A DNA stretch of 64,000 bases from NCBI GenBank assembly GCA_964424105.1, contig CAYRHJ010000028.1, forward strand, positions 12,679 through 76,678, in the 5' to 3' direction. Positions 1-9,385 of this stretch are shown one piece after another. Position numbers and translations under genes: made by a program. Position 1 is the first letter of the stretch; the number at the start of each line of letters is the position of its first letter. The notes under the pieces are model-generated. The model did no database searches. It was not told the origin of the DNA and was given only the letters and a program-made list of their open reading frames with translations. The DNA is from an uncultured Phycisphaeraceae bacterium (GTDB taxonomy: Bacteria; Planctomycetota; Phycisphaerae; UBA1845).

Positions 1-154
1 TCGCCGGACTGGCTGACCCGTTTGCGGAGGTGACGCAGGGGATTCCCGGTGTGCCGCCCCAGACAGCGCGTCAAAAATCCTGATGTTGCGGTCGCCCGTC
101 CGATCGAGGACAGATCGGCCACCATTTATTCACGCGAGTTGAAGGAAGCGCAAG

Positions 155-1354
155 ATGATCATCCCCATTCGCACAGAGATGACCTTTCGGCACACGCCCG
201 TGGTCAACTACGCGATCTTGGGGCTGAATATCGTTGCGTTCGCGGCGTTCAATCTTTCGGGGATCGCGGTTTTCGACGTCTGGCGGATTGATTATCTGGT
301 CTTGCAGTCTGATTGGCCCTCGATTCATCAGTTTTTTACGTATCAGTTTCTTCATGCGGACGGCTGGCATTTGGCCGGCAACATGCTGTTCCTGTGGGTG
401 TTCGGTAACAGCGTAAACGCCAAGCTGGGCGACATCGGTTACGCGCTGTTCTATCTCGCGGGCGGCGTTTTTGCAGCCATCGTCTTCGTGGTGGGGCATA
501 CGGAGCGATTGCTGGGCGCGTCGGGAGCGATCGCGGCGGTGACGACGGCCTATCTGGTTTTGTTTCCGCGCAGTCACGTCACGGTGCTGTTCATTTTTTT
601 CTTCATCACCGCTTTCGAAGTTCCGGCGCTGATCCTGATCGGTATCAAGATCGTGCTGTGGGACAACGTCATCGCCCCCGGGATTCACGGTCAGGGGAAC
701 ATCGCCATCAGCGCCCATCTGGGTGGTTATCTGTTTGGTTTCGCAGCGGCCAGCACCATGCTGCTGGTCCGCGTGATTCCGCGGGACCATTTCGATCTAT
801 TGGCCTTGATGGACCGATGGAACCGCCGTCGGGCCTATCGAACCGCGTTGAACGATCCGCAGGCCCGTCGGGTGGCGGAGTTCGGCACGGTGGCTCGCCC
901 CGTGCAGATGTCGGAGGCGGAACGTAAAGCGGAGGAGGATCGCCACGAACGCATTATTGAACTCCGCTCGCGCATTCATGAATGTGTGGGGCTTGGCGAC
1001 ATCGGTGCGGCTGCTGCACTGGTCGAGGAACTGATGACGGTGGATCCGCATCAGTGTCTTTCCGCGAACGATCAGATGGCGGTGGCACGGGAATTTTATG
1101 CGACGGGGCGCCTTGCGCAGGCAGCCAGGGCGTACGAGAACTATCTGGCCGCCTATCGTACGGGATTTGACGCGGAGGAAATCCGCCTGTTGCTGGGAAT
1201 TATTTATGCGCGGGACCTGAAGCAATACGACGCAGCCGAGGTTCACCTGATGGATTGCGCGAATCGGCTGAAAGACGCGGGACGGCGGCAACAGTGTCAG
1301 CAATGGCTCGAACAGGTGCGCCGGGCGCTGGGAAAGCCGGTGGCGGATGCCTGA
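155..1354 (+). CDS. Rhomboid family intramembrane serine protease with C-terminal TPR-like helical domain
   Basis: Multiple TM helices; HLAGNMLFLWVFG motif; catalytic GASG Ser and AHLGG His; soluble helical C-terminus with TPR-like pattern (AARAYENYL..., LLLGIIYARDL). Confidence 0.9.
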   Translation: MIIPIRTEMTFRHTPVVNYAILGLNIVAFAAFNLSGIAVFDVWRIDYLVLQSDWPSIHQFFTYQFLHADGWHLAGNMLFLWVFGNSVNAKLGDIGYALFYLAGGVFAAIVFVVGHTERLLGASGAIAAVTTAYLVLFPRSHVTVLFIFFFITAFEVPALILIGIKIVLWDNVIAPGIHGQGNIAISAHLGGYLFGFAAASTMLLVRVIPRDHFDLLALMDRWNRRRAYRTALNDPQARRVAEFGTVARPVQMSEAERKAEEDRHERIIELRSRIHECVGLGDIGAAAALVEELMTVDPHQCLSANDQMAVAREFYATGRLAQAARAYENYLAAYRTGFDAEEIRLLLGIIYARDLKQYDAAEVHLMDCANRLKDAGRRQQCQQWLEQVRRALGKPVADA

Positions 1355-2219
1355 AGTCGCGTATGTCAACGGACGTTTTTGCCCCCCGTCTGAGGCGATG
1401 ATCTCAATCGAAGATCGTGGGTTTCAGTTCGCGGACGGGGTCTATGAAGTGGTCGTCGCCCATGCGGGTCGCGTTTTTCGCTTGGAACAACATCTACAGC
1501 GACTGCGTCGCAGTCTGGAATTGATCGATTTTTCGCATGATTTAGCCGCGTTGGATCTTCCGGGCGCGATCCAGCGCGGGTTGGAACAATCTGCATTTGA
1601 CCCTGCCATGGTCTACATTCAGATCACGCGCGGCGTCCAACCGCGTTCACATTTGTATTCGACCGAAATCAAGCCGACGGTCGTCATGACGTTCAAAGCC
1701 AAGCCGGAAGTCGCCCCGTCCAAGCGCGAACAGGGCGTGGCGGTGGTCACGGTTTCTGATGACCGCTGGCTGCACTGCGAGATCAAATCCATCGCCTTGT
1801 TGGCCAACATCCTGGCCAAGAACCGTGCGGTGCGTGCGGGTTTTGAAGACGCGATATTCATCGGATCGGCGGATCTGGTTCGCGAAGGGACGTCGAGTAA
1901 TGTTTTTGTGATTCGTGACGGCGTGCTGATGACTCCCGAAGCCGACGCGTCCATCCTGCACGGTGTCACCCGGATTTATGTCTGTGAATGTGCCCAGAAG
2001 TTGGGAGTTGCGGTTCGAGAATGTGTTATTTCGACGCGAGACCTCGAATCGGCGGATGAAGTATTTCTTTCCAGCACGGTTTTGGATATTCTCCCGGTGA
2101 CGCGGGTGAATGAGTCGGTCATCGGTTCGGGATTGCCGGGACAATTGACTCGAAATTTGTACCGGACGTTTCTGGACGGTTTGTCCGAAGAATCACGATA
2201 CGCTCCATCCATCCGGTGA
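1347..2219 (+). CDS. Class IV PLP-dependent aminotransferase (D-amino acid aminotransferase-like)
   Basis: DRGFQFADGVYEV, HLQRLRRSL, YIQITRG, IKSIALL (PLP Lys) and EGTSSNVF motifs; overlaps the rhomboid stop by 8 nt. Confidence 0.9.
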   Translation: MPEVAYVNGRFCPPSEAMISIEDRGFQFADGVYEVVVAHAGRVFRLEQHLQRLRRSLELIDFSHDLAALDLPGAIQRGLEQSAFDPAMVYIQITRGVQPRSHLYSTEIKPTVVMTFKAKPEVAPSKREQGVAVVTVSDDRWLHCEIKSIALLANILAKNRAVRAGFEDAIFIGSADLVREGTSSNVFVIRDGVLMTPEADASILHGVTRIYVCECAQKLGVAVRECVISTRDLESADEVFLSSTVLDILPVTRVNESVIGSGLPGQLTRNLYRTFLDGLSEESRYAPSIR

Positions 2220-2240
2220 AGTAAAATAGGAGCGAACGAT

Positions 2241-2654
2241 TTGCTTGAAAAAATGTTCCAACTTCAGGCCACGTTGAACGAACGAATCGGCGCGGATACG
2301 CAGTCCTTGCGATCCCATTTCGATGCCAAAAAGGCCGGCAAGTGGTTGAATGATTACATCATGGCCGCCAGTAATGAATTGGAGGAGCTTCGCGATTGCA
2401 CGTTTTGGAAGCATTGGTGCGCCGAGGCCAAGGAGGGCAAACGATTCGAGCTGCACGACTTGCAGAACGCCCGCGTGGAGGTGATTGACCTGCTGTTTTT
2501 CTGGATCAGCATGGCCCAATGCGTGGGGCTTGACGCCGACGACGTGTACAAGCTGTATCTGCAAAAACTGGACGTCAATCACCGACGGCAAGAAAACAAC
2601 TACGCGATGGCCAACAAAGACGAGTCGGACAACAAGAACATTCGGCTCGACTAG
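2241..2654 (+). CDS. Dimeric all-alpha dUTPase (dUTPase_2 / MazG-like superfamily)
   Basis: ELEELRD..WKHW, EVIDLLFFWIS and KLDVNHRRQ motifs; AGGAG RBS before a TTG start. Confidence 0.8.
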   Translation: MLEKMFQLQATLNERIGADTQSLRSHFDAKKAGKWLNDYIMAASNELEELRDCTFWKHWCAEAKEGKRFELHDLQNARVEVIDLLFFWISMAQCVGLDADDVYKLYLQKLDVNHRRQENNYAMANKDESDNKNIRLD

Positions 2655-2669
2655 GCAGTGCGACGGGTT

Positions 2670-4493
2670 TTAGGGCGTTGTACGTTCAGAAAGGCCTGCC
2701 CCTTTTTCCAACCGAATCGACCGATTCGCGTCGAAATTCGTAAACGTTTCCACGTCTCCGTTGGGCCAGTGCACGGTCATCCGATCGATGCGCGACGCTG
2801 TACCCAATCCGAAGTGGGCTACGGGCGGTCCGCTGCACAGGTAGCTGAATCCGCGGTTGATATCGCGACGCTGCTGCACCGCGCCGATCGAAACGACGAT
2901 TTGAGCACCGATCGCGTCCCGACCGATCAAGGGATCGACGGCTCGCACCGTGAGCCAATGGCTCGATGGGCTGTCGTTGCGAAACAACCGCGCCGGGCCC
3001 CCGCCGTTGGTCACCAATAGATCGACATCGCCATCGGCGTCCATGTCAGCCGCGACCAATCCGCGACTGACCTCCGCTTGGGAACACAGGGAACCGGCCT
3101 GGGCACTCACGTCCTTGAATCGGCCGCCGCCGTCATTGGCGAACAGCAGGTTCGGCTCGGCATAGGGTTTCCAATGGTCGGAAACGGTGGCTGCGGAAAT
3201 TGACACGTTCCGCCGCACACGCCCGTTCACGACGACCAAATCCAGATCCATGTCATGGTCGTAATCGAAAAACGTAGTGCCGAACCCGGTAAACGCCATG
3301 CTCGGGGCGCTGAGACCGGCAGCCACGGTCACGTCCGCGAAGGCCAAGGCACCGCCCGCGGCGGATGAAATGCTGTCATTGCGGTACAGCGTGTTGTGTT
3401 CCAGAACCAGATGGGTCATGAACAGATCCAAATCACCGTCGTTTTCCACGTCGCCCAGGGTCACGCCCATGCTGGCCTCCGATTCACCGAAGGCGTTGAC
3501 GGCGCACCCCGCCACCATGGCCACGTCTTCAAACATGCCGTCCGCATTGTTGATCCATAGCTGATTGGGTTCGGCGTCGTTAGCGATGTACACGTCCGGG
3601 CGGCCGTCCTGGTTGAAATCGGCGATGCCCAAGCCCAGTCCTCGACGGGGAACGTCGTGAAGACCGACTTGGCGACTGGCGTCCGTAAACGTTCCGTCAC
3701 CGTTGTTTCGAAAGAGCACGTCCGCCACGCCGCGAAACGTCAGCGGTCCGGGGTATTCAGGCCTGCCGCCGTGATCCCGCGCGTTGATTTTGAGATCGAG
3801 TTCCAGATAGTTGACGACGAAAATGTCCAGATGACCATCGGCGTCGAAGTCGAAAAAGTCGGCGGAGGAAGCCCACGCGGCATTGCGGATGCCGGCTGAT
3901 TCGGTGACGTCGGTGAACGTTCCATCGGCGTTGTTCCGGTACAGCGCATCGGGACCGTAATTCGTAACATAAACGTCGTCATCCCCGTCGTTGTCGATGT
4001 CGCCGACCGCTACCCCCATGCCATATCCGGAATCGCCCAGACCGCTGGATGCCGTCACGTTGACGAATCGCGGTGACGTCGGTCCGCCGTCGTTTCTGTA
4101 TAGCTGGTTGCGGATCGGCTCGTTTCCCGCGTCGGATTCCGCCAGCCACGCGCCGTTGATGAAATAGACGTCGTAATCGCCGTCGTTGTCCATGTCGAAG
4201 ATGGCTGCCCCGGGCGACATGCTTTCGGGCATGAAATACCGCGAGCCGCCGGCCCCGAAACCGGGATGATGTACAAAATCCAAGCCGGCCTGTTCGGTGA
4301 TTTCGGTGAACAGCGGGGCTGTTGTAGAACGGGGACCGGATGGTGCCTGTTGATCAGACTGCCGCCGGCACCCCGCCGTGGCGTGCAGTAAAATAGTCGC
4401 TGACACGATGAAATGGGTGGTGCTAAGTCGATGAACTCGTCCGACTCGACTCGAACAGGTGAGCGAGGCGTCCGTAGGCGGGAAGGCGTACAT
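2670..4493 (-). CDS. CRTAC1 family protein (FG-GAP/VCBS repeats plus C-terminal ASPIC/UnbV domain), probable lipoprotein
   Basis: Repeated DxDxDGxxD motifs (DMDNDGDYD, DIDNDGDDD, DFDADGHLD, DFNQDGRPD); C-terminal DAIGAQIVV...AHFGLG...VHWPNG; N-terminal hydrophobic stretch ending AGC. Start uncertain. Confidence 0.9.
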   Translation of the reverse strand: MYAFPPTDASLTCSSRVGRVHRLSTTHFIVSATILLHATAGCRRQSDQQAPSGPRSTTAPLFTEITEQAGLDFVHHPGFGAGGSRYFMPESMSPGAAIFDMDNDGDYDVYFINGAWLAESDAGNEPIRNQLYRNDGGPTSPRFVNVTASSGLGDSGYGMGVAVGDIDNDGDDDVYVTNYGPDALYRNNADGTFTDVTESAGIRNAAWASSADFFDFDADGHLDIFVVNYLELDLKINARDHGGRPEYPGPLTFRGVADVLFRNNGDGTFTDASRQVGLHDVPRRGLGLGIADFNQDGRPDVYIANDAEPNQLWINNADGMFEDVAMVAGCAVNAFGESEASMGVTLGDVENDGDLDLFMTHLVLEHNTLYRNDSISSAAGGALAFADVTVAAGLSAPSMAFTGFGTTFFDYDHDMDLDLVVVNGRVRRNVSISAATVSDHWKPYAEPNLLFANDGGGRFKDVSAQAGSLCSQAEVSRGLVAADMDADGDVDLLVTNGGGPARLFRNDSPSSHWLTVRAVDPLIGRDAIGAQIVVSIGAVQQRRDINRGFSYLCSGPPVAHFGLGTASRIDRMTVHWPNGDVETFTNFDANRSIRLEKGAGLSERTTP

Positions 4494-4506
4494 GACTGAG
4501 CACCCC

Positions 4507-6330
4507 CTAGGACGTTGCGGGCGGCCTTTTCAGATGAATTCCCGTCGCCCGCTGGTAGGCGTGGGCCAGCCCCAGCAACTCCGTCTCGCCGAAGAGTCGG
4601 CCAACAAACGTGATGCTCGTCGGCGTGCCGTCCTCGCTGCGGAACCCGTTCGGAAGGACGACGCAGGGGTGGCCCGTCAGATTGGTCAGTAACAGGTTGT
4701 CACCGCCGAACGACGGACAAACGTACACGTCAATATCCGACATGACCCGTTGCATTTCACGCATCAGAAGCGTACGAATTCGGTTGGCTCGTAAATACTC
4801 GACCGCCGGGATGAGCTGTCCCTGACGCAAGACGTTGGGCCAGGCGTTCTTGATTTGTCGAACGAGCAAATCGTCTTTTCCGCTGCGCGTCAGTTCGTCG
4901 AACGCGGTGGATGCTTCCGCCGTCAAGATGAGCGAGAGCGGTTTCACCGGCAGCGAGTCGGGCAGTTTGATGCGGATCAGTTCGATTCCCGCGTCTTTCA
5001 AAACGCTCAGCGTCGCCAGGTCGAACTTCCGCTGTTCGCGGACGCGGGCCGCGGCGCTTTCATCTTCCCCACCCGAAGCGGTGTCTTGTTCGAACAGGTC
5101 CTGCACGTAACCTACGCGAAGCGAGCGAACGTCACGGCGCATGGGCCAATGAAACGGAGCGTCCACCGCCGACGCGTCGAGATGGTCCGCGCCGTGAATC
5201 GCGCCGAAAACGAGCGCACAATCTTCGACCGTGCGGGCGATCGATCCGATCTTGTCCATGGACCACGACAGCGCCATCGTGCCAAATCGGCTGACCCTTC
5301 CGAACGTTGGTCGTAACCCGGTGGCGCCGCATCGAGAACATGGAGATACAATGCTGCCCCAGGTTTCCGTGCCGATGGCGAACGCGACCAGCCCAGCCGC
5401 CGTGGCCGAAGCGGAGCCGGCCGACGACCCGCTGGATCCCTGTTCGACCTTCCAGGGGTTCTTGGTCGTACCGCCATACCAAACATCTCCCCAAGCCAAC
5501 GCCCCCACGGACATCTTAGCCAGCAGAACGGCGCCGGCTTTTTCCAGGCGGGCGATCACGGTGGCCTTTTCGGGACGGACCTGATCCTGATACGGCTTGG
5601 CGCCCCAGGTGGTCTTGGCGGCGGGATGGGCCAGAATGTCCTTCGCTCCCCAGGGAATGCCATGCAACGGTCCCCGGTAATGTCCCGCAGCCAACTCGCG
5701 ATCGGCCTGCGCAGCCTGCGCCAACGCGGAGTCTTTCATGAACGAAATCACGCATTCCAGCGCAGGATTATGTTTTTCCAAACGGTCCAGATAATTGCGT
5801 GTCAATTCAACGGACGATAACTCGCGACGACGGATCCAGATGGCCAGTTCGCTCACCGATGCAAACGCGACGTCGGTTGCGGAATTGGGCTGGGCCACCG
5901 CATCATCGTCATCCAGCCGGACCACGGAGTGCTCGACGGATTTTGGTATCGACGCGAGCGGAGCGGGGTCGAAAGACAACGCCGGCGGGATGGAATTGTC
6001 GAGCGCCACCGCCCGCAGTTCATCATAGCCGGCCAACGCGTCTTTCAGATCGTCCAGCATCAGTTGACGATCAGCCTCGGTCAGTTCCAAACCGGAAATC
6101 CATTCGGCTTGACGAATCATCTCGGCGGTGACGCGAGATTGGCCCTCGACTTGGGCGGCCACCGCACGCTGCAACACGGCTGATCCGACGCCCAGAACAG
6201 CCAGGGACTTCAACACTTCCCGGCGATGCAGCGGGGCGGAATCTCGAGCGGAATTGTCAGTCGTTTTGTTGTTCAACCTTGGCGACAATTGATTTACCAG
6301 CATGGGCCATTCATTACCAGTCTGGGACAT
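4507..6330 (-). CDS. Amidase signature family enzyme (GatA-like) with Tat-type signal peptide
   Basis: GIPWGAKD Lys, GSSGSSAGSA and GTETWGSI amidase-signature motifs; N-terminal HRREVLKSLAVLGVG twin-arginine signal. Confidence 0.88.
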   Translation of the reverse strand: MSQTGNEWPMLVNQLSPRLNNKTTDNSARDSAPLHRREVLKSLAVLGVGSAVLQRAVAAQVEGQSRVTAEMIRQAEWISGLELTEADRQLMLDDLKDALAGYDELRAVALDNSIPPALSFDPAPLASIPKSVEHSVVRLDDDDAVAQPNSATDVAFASVSELAIWIRRRELSSVELTRNYLDRLEKHNPALECVISFMKDSALAQAAQADRELAAGHYRGPLHGIPWGAKDILAHPAAKTTWGAKPYQDQVRPEKATVIARLEKAGAVLLAKMSVGALAWGDVWYGGTTKNPWKVEQGSSGSSAGSASATAAGLVAFAIGTETWGSIVSPCSRCGATGLRPTFGRVSRFGTMALSWSMDKIGSIARTVEDCALVFGAIHGADHLDASAVDAPFHWPMRRDVRSLRVGYVQDLFEQDTASGGEDESAAARVREQRKFDLATLSVLKDAGIELIRIKLPDSLPVKPLSLILTAEASTAFDELTRSGKDDLLVRQIKNAWPNVLRQGQLIPAVEYLRANRIRTLLMREMQRVMSDIDVYVCPSFGGDNLLLTNLTGHPCVVLPNGFRSEDGTPTSITFVGRLFGETELLGLAHAYQRATGIHLKRPPATS

Positions 6331-6411
6331 CGAAACGCAGACCGCTCCAAGACGTTTCCGCTGGTCAGGTCAGTCATCCTGTTGACATCGTGACCGCACC
6401 GCGCCGGTCTC

Positions 6412-6915
6412 CTACCGCGCCGCGCCTTTGATTTCCCTCCTGCCGAAAGGTAGCAAGGTGGACAGAAGTGCCTCAGCATCTGAAGCCGACATCGCCTTTG
6501 CCTCGTTCATGACCTCGCTGGGTACCCACGCCGGAAACGCCTGCCGCCTCGCCCGGTGAGCGCCAGTTGCCGTGTGCACATTCCAGACTTTCGCCAATTG
6601 CTCCCTCCGGAAGCGCGCCGCGAGCTTTACCAAAGCTGGCCACAACCGGCGGTGGACGTAGGTGACCTTACCGTCAACCAGCTTGCAGGCCAGGACGTTG
6701 TCGCTGTCAGAAATAAGCTCCATTGCACGGAAGATTTCGTGGCCCTTCGGGTGCCCCCACCAACTTCCCCGAATGGGGCCACCCGCGATAGCCTCGGCGA
6801 GACTTGGCAGCGGCCCTCGTGCAGCTTGGAGTATCACACCGTAATGCTCGATGAAAGCCACCGCTTCCTCGGGAATCACCTTGAAGACTGACCTCGCGTC
6901 ACCAGAAACGTTCAT
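6412..6915 (-). CDS. Conserved hypothetical protein, AlkZ-related winged-helix family (tentative)
   Basis: SLAEAIAGGPIRGSWWGHPKG and KLVDGKVTYVHRRLWPAL resemble short AlkZ-related proteins; family recognised from memory, not searched. Confidence 0.6.
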   Translation of the reverse strand: MNVSGDARSVFKVIPEEAVAFIEHYGVILQAARGPLPSLAEAIAGGPIRGSWWGHPKGHEIFRAMELISDSDNVLACKLVDGKVTYVHRRLWPALVKLAARFRREQLAKVWNVHTATGAHRARRQAFPAWVPSEVMNEAKAMSASDAEALLSTLLPFGRREIKGAAR

Positions 6916-7096
6916 ACGCCTTCATTTCGTGTTTCCCGCCGAACACTCGCCATCGGCGGCGACCCGCGAAGCCCCGCCCGCCTGTGCGTGTACGCACGCA
7001 GACAGGCCAGGAAGCGGTGGGCGTATCCGGCCTAGACCCGCCCCCTCACGGTCGCGGCTCGGTTCAGACAAGTGTTTCCGATTCTGATACACCACA

Positions 7097-9187
7097 CTAG
7101 GAATCAGCAGGGTCCTTCTCGGCGTCATCGCCCGAAAAATCGATTCCGTAGTCGAGTTCATAGGGCGGAGGATCGCCGCCGGGGCCTTTCAGGTAGTGTT
7201 CCATCCAGCGCATCATTCGCAAGTTGTAATCGAGACGGGCCGCCGCCTTCTGATTGCCGTGTCCCTCCCCAGGGTACAAGACGAGTCGGACCGGTGTCTG
7301 GCCGATCACCTTCAGGTAACGATGCAGTTGCAGCGATTGGCTGGGGTGAACTCGCGGATCGTCCTTACCATGCAGGATGAGGATGGGCGTCCTGGCTTTT
7401 TGAGCGTGGTGAATCGGGCTTCGCTGGCGGAAAAAGTCCCAATCCTCCCAGGGCCACTTCCGCGCATGCACCAGGTTCATTTCATGCGGAATGTCCGTGG
7501 TGCCCGCCTTGGCCACGTGATCGCCGATGCCCACGAACATCACGCTGGCAGCGAAATGTTCCGTCAGCGCGGTCGCACACCATGCTGAAGCGTAACCGCC
7601 GTAGGAGCCGCCCGTCACCCCGACCCGCTTCTTGTCGACCAAGCCAACCTCCACCAGATGGTCTACGCCGTCAACCAGATCGTTGAATTCCGCGCCGGCA
7701 TAATCAGCCTGACCCAGTTTTGAAAACGCCACGCCTCGGCCTGTGCTGCCTCGATAATTGGGATAGAAGACGGCGAATCCTTTGGCCGCGGCCACCTGTC
7801 CCGGATCGGAATATCGCGTGATCCAGCCATGGGAAAAGTGGGCCTCGGGCCCGCCGTGCACGGTCACAATGAGCGGATAGCGCTGGCCCTCGACTTCATC
7901 AAGCGGTCGAATGAGCAGCCCCTCCACTTTCAATCCGTCACGCGCGTAGTACTCGACGACCTCTTGCTTGGCGAAGCGCATTTGGTCGAAGAACGGGTTG
8001 CTGAACGTCAGGCGGCGTGGCTGATTCTCGCCGTGCGCCATGGCGAAAACTTCGCGGGGATAGGTGGGATGGTCCACGGCGAAGGCGGCCAACTTGCCGT
8101 CTTTGGTCAACGATAGGTTGCGAAAGATGGGGCCGCCGGTTGGAACGACCGTTTTGCGTTCATTGCCGTCGATGCTGATTCGGGCGAACGTTGTATGAAC
8201 GCCTTCGGAGGCGACGTACATGATTGTGTCGCGGTCCTGCCAGGCAACGGAATCAATCTGACCTTCGTAACCGGGCAATAGATCGCGCAGCGAGCCGTCC
8301 TGCGACGTCCCCGCCACCGTCAACCGACCTTCGGACGGATCATGCAAATCCGCAGCCGAAATCACAGCCACGTGTTCGCTATCCGGTGACCAGACCACGC
8401 TCCCCAGCTTTCCGGGGTTGTCGATTTTCGCCTGAACGCTGCCCGTTTCGGCGTCGACAATGAACAGTTTCCGACGCATGTAATGGTCGTCGATCAGCGA
8501 AGTCGGTGCCAACGCCACGGCCAATCGCCCCCCGTCCGGGCTGAAATGTAGCTCCGAAGCCGATCCATCGAGGTCCAATGGTTTCGGTTGCGGTTTTTCA
8601 TCATCGATGGTCACCAGCCACACCTTCGTTGGTTCCCATTGTTCCTCGTAGATTTCAGCGTTGAAACCCTTATCCTCCTGCTTCTTTATATCCTTGTCCT
8701 TCTTGGGCTTGGCCAGGAACGCGACACGCTTGCCGTCCGGCGCGAACGTGTAGCCGGAAATGGATTCGTCATGCGCTGCAACGGCGCGAGCTTCACCACC
8801 GTTGACGGGAATGACGTAAAGTTTCTTCTTCTTGTCGTCCCCGCGCTTGGCCAGAAAGCAAATCCCCCGGCCATCGGGCGTCCAGTCGATTTCGCCGACG
8901 TTCACCTCACCGGTCACAAATGGCCGCGAATATCCCTGTTGATCGACGACGTGCAGTTCGACCCAGGGCGGCCCATCCTTGTCCTTGCCGGGTGTTCTGG
9001 AAACATAAATCGTGTACGCGATGTATTGACCATCCGGCGATATCTTGACTTCCGAGACGGATTTGGTTTTGGCAATATGCTGTGGGGTGAACACGTCGGC
9101 TGCTTGTGCCCGCGGATGGGTGACCACCGCGAGAACAAACGTGACAGTCAGGATGCGCCATCCCGCGACACGCTGCCGCGACCGCAC
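7097..9187 (-). CDS. S9 family (prolyl oligopeptidase / acylaminoacyl) peptidase, exported
   Basis: PD40-like beta-propeller repeats (ISPDG, WTPDG, FAPDG); HGGPE, NYRGSTG, nucleophile GGSYGG, HGKDDPRV (Asp) and GEGH (His). The open frame extends to 9376; GTG at 9187 with AAGGA RBS and a following signal peptide is the preferred start. Confidence 0.92.
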   Translation of the reverse strand: MRSRQRVAGWRILTVTFVLAVVTHPRAQAADVFTPQHIAKTKSVSEVKISPDGQYIAYTIYVSRTPGKDKDGPPWVELHVVDQQGYSRPFVTGEVNVGEIDWTPDGRGICFLAKRGDDKKKKLYVIPVNGGEARAVAAHDESISGYTFAPDGKRVAFLAKPKKDKDIKKQEDKGFNAEIYEEQWEPTKVWLVTIDDEKPQPKPLDLDGSASELHFSPDGGRLAVALAPTSLIDDHYMRRKLFIVDAETGSVQAKIDNPGKLGSVVWSPDSEHVAVISAADLHDPSEGRLTVAGTSQDGSLRDLLPGYEGQIDSVAWQDRDTIMYVASEGVHTTFARISIDGNERKTVVPTGGPIFRNLSLTKDGKLAAFAVDHPTYPREVFAMAHGENQPRRLTFSNPFFDQMRFAKQEVVEYYARDGLKVEGLLIRPLDEVEGQRYPLIVTVHGGPEAHFSHGWITRYSDPGQVAAAKGFAVFYPNYRGSTGRGVAFSKLGQADYAGAEFNDLVDGVDHLVEVGLVDKKRVGVTGGSYGGYASAWCATALTEHFAASVMFVGIGDHVAKAGTTDIPHEMNLVHARKWPWEDWDFFRQRSPIHHAQKARTPILILHGKDDPRVHPSQSLQLHRYLKVIGQTPVRLVLYPGEGHGNQKAAARLDYNLRMMRWMEHYLKGPGGDPPPYELDYGIDFSGDDAEKDPADS

Positions 9188-9385
9188 ACGATCGGAATCC
9201 TTCGACGAGTCGGGTGGGTTGGTTCGTACACCAAAGCAGGCAAGCTGCGAACGAAAAATCTCTGTGCAACGACGTTTCATGTCTTCAAATCTCCCATCAT
9301 AAGCGTCACCTCGAACCAGCCCGCCGACACGCCCCATGCAAACCCGAACCGTCGGCGCGTCACGCGGCGGGGTCAATCGAATCGA

